Shown here: positions 55,502 through 64,000 of the stretch, one piece after another
Position numbering within the stretch: the first letter of the stretch is position 1
How the letters are laid out: every line of letters starts with the position of its first letter
Assembly (NCBI GenBank): GCA_002269645.1
Contig: NIVC01001611.1
Location: forward strand, 62,001 to 126,000
DNA length: 64,000 bases
DNA from: Macrostomum lignano
Taxonomy: Eukaryota
Reading direction: 5' to 3'
The notes under the pieces: generated by a model
Database searches by the model: none
Told to the model about the DNA's origin: nothing
What the model saw: only the letters and a program-made list of their open reading frames with translations
Position numbers and translations under genes: made by a program

Positions 55502-58500
55502 AATGTATCTTTGGTGGTAATACGGGCTCTCTACCTAGGATATTAATCAACCGCGATTGATTATGAATTGATACAATGCATCTATCTATATGTGTGCCTC
55601 AGAGCGACCGTGTACTACGCTGAAATTAACACATTAAACATTTGCATACAATGTTATATATTGTCTGCTTTCCTTCTGCGATTAATAGTTAATAGACCAA
55701 TTTGCCCATGCTCACGACTATACTTTGTTGAGTCCGTGGCGTAAAATAGAAGCGGCAATGCGTTAAATAATTGATTTTGCTTAAATTTTGTCCCATGCGC
55801 GAAGTGGTTTGGCGAAGCTACTGTATATAGGAAGGGATTGTAAACGCCCTTTGGTTTCAGCTATCTCCTTTCTATTACATCTCACCAGTCGATTTTTACA
55901 TATTTTATATGCTTTTATTTACGACGGCCGAGTATATCCCGAAATCTGTGTATTGTAAATGTTGTGGTCGTATACCTTTGACTAGCGAGCTTACAATTTT
56001 TCTGACTGGCAATACAAATTGCAAGCTTAACAATTTCATTTGAGGGGTGCCCTCAATTAAGTGAAACAATTATTACTTTTACATTTAAGGGAGTGCCCTC
56101 AATCGAGTGAAAAAAATGATTACTTCTACGTTCGCTTTTCTCGAAAATTTAAGCCCGATCAATTAATTAATAAGCTTAAAATTTATTTAAAAAACTACCA
56201 CGATACATTGGAAGATGGCAACAGATGTATACATTTTTATAAATTGTATAGCAATTTCAGACTTAAAACAATGATTATGGTCTTGTATGGTTCAAGCATG
56301 CAAACCCAACAAAGAAGAGTACCCGTACGTAATTAAACTCAACATTGCATGCTTTAAAGTATTCAAACGTTAATTTTGGCTTTTCATTTGCAACTACAGT
56401 AATCCTTGATAACTAAAAATCAAAACTATGTACCTACCTATCTATAGGAACCTTCGTTTAACTTGACTCTGCGTGGTCCGAATTTCGTGGGGTTTTCTGC
56501 ATTTTAATCTAAAGCTCAGTAACAACAGTAAGAACCTTACCTATTTAGCATTAACTTAGTTTTAATCATCAAAAAGTTCTAAGAAATTCGGAGCCAGTTT
56601 AAAATATATAAGTTTTGATAATGTACGTATCGACCGGTAGTTAGGCAATAATAATTTTTTTTAATCGAATTACATAACTTGCACTATATTATTACAGAAA
56701 AGTATAAAACTAATAAGACAGAGAGCAGGAGAGAAAGATCTAATTAGGTTAAAACCTAGTATATGTGAAAATAACGAGAGAAATGAGTTATTTGCAGGCC
56801 TACGCCTACGGCCTACCTATTATATTCATTGTGACATTGTCTATTGACATTTGAATACAGAACCAAGGTGGCAATGAATTAAAGGCTACAGGGCAAAGCA
56901 AGTCTTTTTTACTGTCTGCCAATAGTGGTTAACACTATGCCTTATTCGCTGCAGTAAATTCTTGAAAAATAGTTCAATTTAACTAAATGTAGGATAGGCC
57001 TGGCTGGCTGCCTCTGCCTGACCCTAAATATTATTTCAAGTCAGTTGTTATTGTTATGTTACGATTGTGCTAGGGGTGTTCCTGTACGATACAAAATCCC
57101 ACCGCTGAGTCACCAAAGTTGTGCTAGGGGTAACTTCTGTCCCTACAAATGATTCCACAGCTGTCACTAAAGTTGTCACAGGGCTTAATTTTTTGTCTTT
57201 ATAAATGTTGGTAGCTGCCACCACCAGCTGCTATTATTAATAAATTATGAGTTTATCAATCTTAGAGTAATCCAAGAAATGTTTCTTAGAATTGATCTGA
57301 GTATATATCTTAGTATTTAGTCTAAATATTTAGTCTAAGTATTTGGTCTGGGTATTTAGTCTGAGTATTATTCTTAGAAAACTATTAGGCCTAGCCCTTA
57401 AAGATTTTATTCCTCTGTTATTCTGGTAGCATTTATTCTGATTCCGGTAGGGTTGACTGTACTTTTGGCCTGAGTGGTCTATTGCCTATTGGCTATACTA
57501 GTATATATATTCCATGTACTTTGCAAGTCCTTGGGTATTACTGTTACTGAGATCAGAGGGTCACAGCCTCTGGTTATTCTTACACGTATCACTTCAGATC
57601 TACTTTGTATTCTCTCACTACTAAAAACTGCTGCTTCTCAGTAGTATGTAGGCCTATGGTATACACTTCAGTCTACTTCACTCTTGTATCTGCAAATAAT
57701 CAACTCGGAAAACAACTTCACTCTTATTTAATTGGAACTCTTACTAACTGCTTATTATTCGCTTACTATCAAATTGTGGTGCTTGAGGCACCATGAGTAT
57801 AATATAATTATTATACAAAATATTATCGGAAAAGCATACGTTATAACAAAACATGTCTCTTGTTTTTCGCGTAAATTTAAATGCTATAGATTCAATGAAA
57901 TAAAAACAGAATAATGAATAGTTGCCTGACACACGATGACTATATAAAAAGTGAAATGGTTATTTTTATGGTCAGCATATAAGACACTATCTGTGCTTAA
58001 GGTTTTAACTTAATATAACTATACTATAAATAGCAAAACTGTTATTTTTATAGTCATTGGGTTTGGGAAGAAAGTTCATTTACATTAATAGTTAGGCAGC
58101 TAACAGCTTAGGCCTAACATTTGTAACAGGTCTCTTTCCCATACTATGGGAAATCCCATTGTTTAATTAGCCACTAAGTTATAACAGATGTAGTTCTATC
58201 CTTTTAAATGATGTTACTGATATTAATTATATACTTTTATTAGTTAGTAGCACATGAATGTATATTTAATAGGGCCTACTTAGTGCATGTATCACCAAGA
58301 TGGAATTCTTGCTTGGGGTAGGAAAACACGCGTGCACGCACATTTTTGGAGCAGCACGCAAGTGCGCATGCCAGCTATAAAAATAAGTCATATGCAGATC
58401 ATGGCCCAAGTGCCAAAAAATAAAATTTCTAGTTTTCAATTCTATGTTGACATAAATTAAAAAGTTGTACTTTAAGTGTAAAGTGGCCTAGCTTGAACAC

Positions 58501-59488
58501 TATATTTTTTAGAGGAAATATTCTTTAAAATTATAAGAGTTTCATTATTAATAGCATACTAGGTCCTAGGTGTTTATCTATTGGCCTAAGTGGTCCTATG
58601 GCGCTATCTATCCTATCCCCATTACCCTACATTCCTCTAACTTAAGGTTTTAAGTTAGAGGAATATAAGCTTTTTTTCTCTCTTAGTCCTAGGCTTCCCT
58701 AGGATCAAAAGGAAGACAGTCATAGCTTACTTTCTAGGTATTATTCTATCCTGGGGTGGGTTTCTCTAGAAAATCTGGTTCTAATGTGATTTCTTAGATT
58801 CCAACTCTGTATAGGCCTATCTTGTTCTCTAAGAATGGATTGAATTCTCCCAATTTTGGGGCTATTTTTAACTTACTATCTATTACTCAAAAAAGGTAAT
58901 ATAAGAACAAATATATAGCCTGAGGCTGATTCAATTTCTTCTCCAAATAAAACAACTAGAGAGATGCTTAGCAAGCTTTGAAGGAGCTGCAAATATAAGG
59001 ACTAAAAACAGTTATTGTTTGATGAAGAAGACAATTTATTTGATTAGGCTCTCAATGTCAGTGGGCCCCTATTTATAATAAAACTTATCTTTACTATTTT
59101 AAACAAAACAACATATAAAATGTTCAAAAAGTTCTAGTATTTATATAGCATAACAAATGATAGAGTTTTGAAATTATGTTTCTAAGAAAGTTAGTCTACT
59201 AAAAACAAAGCCTATTATATAATCATGTAAATAAGCTTAATAAAGCTAGCTAAAGTCGATAACAAGAACCACTAGGTCTTTAAATTACCATAATATATAA
59301 CATAAACATGTTTTTTTTTAAACTCAATGTTAATAGCCTCTTATTATTTGCATTGCAAGTCCATCAATTGTCATTTAATTTAGATAGTATTTGTTTTATA
59401 TATTAGCCATAAAAATAACAATCTTGCTAATGGTATGGTCACTGTAACAATAACAACTACCTATTTTAAGCTTAAGGTTAGGTTAGAT

Positions 59489-60079
59489 AAAGGGTCAGTA
59501 AACTCTCGCTAGCAGACTAAATCTAGCCTGCAACACCTTCAAGTCTGGCCTGTAAATCAATTTTATATTGAAACATTCAACTTTACAAGTAAAATTAGCT
59601 TTTATCTTATACAGGCTGTACCAGTTTTAACTATAGAGTTGTTACCATACATGCACAACCTCCAAAATTTGGTCAATCAAACAACTTAGTTATAACAAAA
59701 AATGTGATAGTTTTTGGCCAAAATGTGACTTACATATAAAAAAACCCTAAAGCAAAATTAACACAACTTTGGGTAAATGGCAAGAGTAACTATGACTGTT
59801 TTATTAAGGCAAAATGCCTCATTATCTACTTACTACTTGGGTATTGATTTAAGTGGGCATTTTTGTGACTTACCTTGGTTGGCTACCAAATTGGTCAGCC
59901 AGATTGGCCACCTTGGCCAACTGTTGCACATGTATGGTTGTTGGTTATATAGGGCCTACTTGTATTTGGTCTAATCTAAAATTTTTATATATAGCCACAA
60001 TTGTTATGCATTTTTTCTGGCCTGCTATCTTAGCCCTAGTATTCTAATCCAGCCTGCACAAAAAGTTTGCTGATCCCTG
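59489..60079. mobile_element. hAT (Charlie-like) MITE, ~590 bp, heavily mutated
   Basis: Termini aaagggtcagtaaact and agtttgctgatccctg; exact 8-bp TSD ggttagat at 59481-59488 and 60080-60087. Confidence 0.75.
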
Positions 60080-61205
60080 GGTTAGATAGTTAGGCCTAGT
60101 CTACCTAGCTAGGTTAATTATTTAGCCTAGGCCACTTAGCTAGATAAGGTCAAGGATAAGGCCTAAGAATAAGACCCATTACCATTTTCAATCAATACTT
60201 GACCTAGTTGGCTTAGCTATAAATATTGTCTAAAATAGAGACTCTAGCAAGATTTTGAAGGTTTTTAATAGTTTATTATTTCATTTGATAGGCTTTATTT
60301 GCCTGAGTAAAATAACACCTATTGTATATTAAATTTTGAATATTTTTTATTAGTCCATTAGAGATCAATTTCTGAATTTTGTAATGCATTGTGCCATTTT
60401 GGCACTGTGGTCTTTTTGCCTAAAATTGGCAAAAGCTTTTTTACTACTATTTTGATATAAATTTTCTTTTCATTTATAGTTTGTACTTAGATAATAGAAA
60501 ACAAGAGATAACAATAAATATAAAACACAAAAAATAAAGTAAATATTTTGAAACTCTTTGTTCAAAGTCTCAAATGATTATTAAATTTTTTCTATAGTGT
60601 TAAACATGCACTGTACTTTTAGCACTGCTGCCCATTCATCACAATGTGCCGCAACATGCAATATTGCCTTGCTTTTTAACTTTATCACTGAATTCAGGAT
60701 GTGACATTGGAAAATATTAAATTCTGATAGATGGCAATCTATAGTTTATAATAAACTTATTCTAAAAGGGATACATATGTCTTATACTTGTTTTAATTAG
60801 AACTAGCATTTTGATTAATAATGAAGGATTTTAGGAGCAATATTAGATGATATTCATTAGCCATTTGGCTCCATTAGTAAGATCATTTAAATTAAAATGT
60901 AGTGATTAATTTTGAAAAGGTTTTTTATTTACTTTGCAATATCAACTACCCAGGTTCAAAAACTCTTGTTTCAATGTGATGAATACTATTCCTTTTTATG
61001 CAGTTACAACAATTCAGGTGAACAATATTCTATGTAAATGTATTGAGATGATTTAAATGATTTATTAACAAACTATTAACAAAATCTTGAATAATTAAAT
61101 AACTTTTAGTTGTTTATTTTCTTAAATTATTTATGTCTGCAATTAACTAAAAGCAAGAAACTGATTCTGATATCAATTGCTGCAAAAAACGAATAGTCAG
61201 CAATC

Positions 61206-62816
61206 ATGTCTCTAAAGTTGATGTACTTTACTGGCCTGTCAGATAACAATCCAGATGACAGCGAATGTGAGCAGGTGTGTCTAGTGTCTGAGGCTGATTT
61301 GCCTGCGCTAACTGGAAAGCTTAGCAGTTGCGCCAGTCAAGCAGTTGATCCGCGCAGATTAGTTGGTGCATCAGATGATACAAATGACGGCACACTTGAG
61401 GCTAAAGTACTTCGCAAATTAACAAATTTTGCCAGCCTTAGCGATGCCGACTCGAGCAGTGTTGGCCCGTTGGTCTCGACTGAGATCAAGCTGCGTGAGC
61501 GTAAAAGGGCCTACAGGCCTCCCGCCGCGCCTGTTACTCTTGCAGCAACAAAAGCTGTTCCAAAACCGCCTGCAGCCGCGGAGCAAGCTAGTAGTGTTAG
61601 GAAAGTTGAACAGCCAAAACTGCAACAGAATTTGGCAGAATCTGCTGCAGCTCCGCCAAAGCCGACTGTGTCAGTTTCTGAAGAAGCTACTGCAGAGCCG
61701 CAGAAGCAGCAAAAGCAGGCTCTGCAGAAGCAACAACAGCATACTTCAAAGAAGAATGCCAAAACTACTGGCGCAAATATTGGCAGTTTTTTCACCGCAA
61801 AAGCCACAGCGTCGGAGGCGGCGGCGGCGGCTGTAGCTGCTGCTGCTAAAAAGCCAGCAAAACCAGCTGCAGCCTCATCAGCTGCGCCTTCTCAGTCAAA
61901 AAAGCGCCAATCCACCAATACTACAAAGACAACAACAACAACAAAGACTAATGACGTCAGTGTCGAGAAGGGCAAACGTCGTAGGACTGGTTTTTCTTCA
62001 TCGGAATCATCGGAAGCAGAGGCTCAAGCAGAGCAGAGTGAGGAGGAAGCGCCGGTTGCAGAGAACAGCAGCGACAATGAGTTTTCTTCTTCTATGGCTA
62101 GCAAGAAGACCAAGCAGCAGAAGCAGAAGCAGTCAAAGTCTGAAACAAAGAAGTTGCAAAATGCTAAAAAGAAAGTTGCAGTGATTAGTGACGATAGCAG
62201 TGGCGATGAGGGAGGCACTGCTCGCGTTAGGAATGGCAAAGGCAAAGCTCAGAAAGCCACTGGAGCCAATAAGCACAAGCGACGTCGGATTATGACTTTT
62301 AGTAGCAGTAGCAGCAGCGGCAATGCCAGTAGCGACGAAGATCAACGGGATAACAATAATAAAAAAGCCAAGAAAAAAGTTGTGCTAGCGCCCGACACCC
62401 CGTCGGCAGCCTCTGCCGGCGCTACTGGTGTTAGCGACTCTTCAACAAAGCAGAAAAAACCAGAAGACAAATCAGAAGCAGCAAAAGAACCAGACGGTCC
62501 GCGAAGGCGCCGCGGTGTGCGCAACGTTGTCCGCACCTTTGTCAACGACGAAGGCTATCTGGTAACTGAGAATGTTGCTGAGCCATTCTCAGAAGAAGAC
62601 AATGACAATAATAGCAATGAGGCTGAAGAGCAAAAGAAGACGGAATCTGCTTCTGTTTCTAAGAATCAGCCAGAAGAGGCGCTACCAGCTAAGGATCAAG
62701 ACGGGCCTAAGAAGCGAGGAGGAGCCGCTGTGGCGTCTTCTGGGAAGCAGCGTCAAGGCAAAAAGTCTGGCGGTGGCAAGCAGACCTCGTTAACTTCGTT
62801 CTTTACAAAGTCGTAA
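61206..62816 (+). CDS. POLD3: DNA polymerase delta subunit 3 (p66/Cdc27/Pol32), main exon; 5' end unresolved
   Basis: 536-aa ORF. The N-terminus LKLMYFTG...QVCLVSEADL resembles the POLD3 winged-helix segment, followed by a long K/S/E-rich disordered region. VRTFVNDEGYLVTENV is the conserved POLD3 subterminal motif, and the terminal PIP box is KQTSLTSFF. AATAAA at 62993-62998. Confidence 0.88.
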   Translation: MSLKLMYFTGLSDNNPDDSECEQVCLVSEADLPALTGKLSSCASQAVDPRRLVGASDDTNDGTLEAKVLRKLTNFASLSDADSSSVGPLVSTEIKLRERKRAYRPPAAPVTLAATKAVPKPPAAAEQASSVRKVEQPKLQQNLAESAAAPPKPTVSVSEEATAEPQKQQKQALQKQQQHTSKKNAKTTGANIGSFFTAKATASEAAAAAVAAAAKKPAKPAAASSAAPSQSKKRQSTNTTKTTTTTKTNDVSVEKGKRRRTGFSSSESSEAEAQAEQSEEEAPVAENSSDNEFSSSMASKKTKQQKQKQSKSETKKLQNAKKKVAVISDDSSGDEGGTARVRNGKGKAQKATGANKHKRRRIMTFSSSSSSGNASSDEDQRDNNNKKAKKKVVLAPDTPSAASAGATGVSDSSTKQKKPEDKSEAAKEPDGPRRRRGVRNVVRTFVNDEGYLVTENVAEPFSEEDNDNNSNEAEEQKKTESASVSKNQPEEALPAKDQDGPKKRGGAAVASSGKQRQGKKSGGGKQTSLTSFFTKS

Positions 62817-63279
62817 TCATTAGTTTGTGTGGCCACAGTAAAATTTTTGACAAGGATGCTTATAAAATTCGATGAAGTAAAGTATCTGGGCTTTAATGCA
62901 TTTTTTTAATGTAAGAATTAGCTGGCATTTTTATTAATTAAATATTACCCTGTGCTTACCTGAAATCTTTAATAGGGTATATTTATTCCTTCAATAAATT
63001 TATTCTGTGCTACTAAAACTTGATACCTTAGCCATTAGCCAAATAAGTCCTTTGAGTAAGTAAATGATCTACTTACCTTTTTATAATTTGTATTGTTTAT
63101 TTTTCTAAATAAAAAATGCATACTGTTGGAATTCTCGCGCGCATTCGATCTACTATTTTTGTGTCCGTGCTTTTGCTTTGCTGATAGTACTACAGAATAT
63201 CCTGTAATCTACTACTAGGAAACCTCTATTCTATCCCTCGACAATTTTATTATCTACTCGTAATTTACCCATAGAAACC

Positions 63280-63565
63280 ATCTAATCTACCCCTAGAAGA
63301 TGGTCTAATTTATCCCATGAATATCATCTAATCTACCCCTAGACTTTCATCTAATCTATTCCTAGACTTTCATCTAATCTACCCCCAGACTATCATCTAA
63401 TCTACCCCTAGACTATCATCTAATCTACCCCTAGACTATCATCTATTCTACCCCTAGACTTATAATCTAATCTACCCCTAGATAACCATCTATTCTACCC
63501 CTAGACTATCATCTAATCTACCCCTAGATAACCATCTATTCTACCCCTAGACTATCATCTAATCA
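63280..63565. repeat. Minisatellite, 23-bp unit
   Basis: ctagactatcatctaatctaccc. Confidence 0.93.
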
Positions 63566-63614
63566 ACATCTAGAATACTTTACTGCTGTATCTGTCCCGC
63601 ATCTTCAGTGAGTC

Positions 63615-64000
63615 ATGGCTCAAAGCGCAGCCCGAACAGGCAGTTGGCAGCAGCAATCCCAGGAGCAGCAGCAACAGCAGCAGCAACAGCAGCAGCAGCC
63701 GCAGAAGCCAATTGATGCGGCCACAGCGGCAGCGGCAGCCGTTGCAGCTGCCATTCAACGCAAGTCTGAGTTGCACGCTCAAATCCAAGCCAGACTGCAG
63801 TCGGCGGGACCTGTGCTCAACGTGCTCAGCAGTTCTACTGCTACTAGTAGCAGCAATGGAGCTGCAGCCAGCGGAGGCATCGTTCCGCCGCTGATGCCCG
63901 CTTCCAACTATTCAGCAGCCGCTGCCGCCGCCGTTGCAGGCGCTCCGAGATTCGTGCCAGCAGGTGCGACTCCGCCTGCAACGACAACGGCTGCGGCTCC
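63615..64000 (+). CDS. PRPF3: Probable U4/U6 snRNP Prp3 (PRPF3)-like, 5' part, runs off the window
   Basis: Open frame from ATG 63615: MAQSAARTGSWQQQSQE-polyQ-PQKPIDAATAAAAAVAAAIQRKSELHAQIQARL. This resembles the PRPF3 segment A...ARKAAELQARIQAQL. Only one motif is visible. Confidence 0.55.
   Translation, partial: MAQSAARTGSWQQQSQEQQQQQQQQQQQPQKPIDAATAAAAAVAAAIQRKSELHAQIQARLQSAGPVLNVLSSSTATSSSNGAAASGGIVPPLMPASNYSAAAAAAVAGAPRFVPAGATPPATTTAAA

Noticed and set aside
56061-56336. YLKNYHDTLEDGNRCIHFYKL as POLD3 exon 1
   Set aside because: The resemblance is superficial. Downstream residues do not match, and I found no convincing start or in-phase donor.

Overview
Eukaryotic (metazoan, invertebrate) genomic DNA. 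It has GC-rich spliced exons rich in poly-Ala/Gln/Gly runs and introns filled with private minisatellite arrays. That style suggests a flatworm such as Macrostomum, which is an inference only. Genes I could assemble by hand: (1) kinesin-3 unc-104/KIF1A on the minus strand, 20 exons from ATG 31803 running off the left edge, with one frame break in exon 16; (2) a 2-exon MPPED/239FB-type metallophosphoesterase-fold gene nested antisense in KIF1A intron 4, with degenerate metal ligands and a C-terminal CaaX box; (3) a complete 9-exon importin-5 (IPO5/Kap-beta3, 1120 aa) on the plus strand, divergent from KIF1A; (4) a probable 2-exon orphan gene with an RRM-like fold (minus); (5) the main exon of POLD3 ending in a PIP box; (6) the 5' part of a PRPF3-like gene at the right edge. 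Mobile DNA: two tRNA-derived CORE-type SINEs, a CMC/EnSpm-like element (TIRs, 2-bp TSD) carrying a decayed spliced DUF4806-like gene, a hAT MITE with an 8-bp TSD, and an inverted pair of MITEs. Two multi-kb blocks (IPO5 intron 1 and the region upstream of POLD3) are almost free of CpG and look hypermutated. Most long ORFs in the supplied track are artefacts of tandem repeats.
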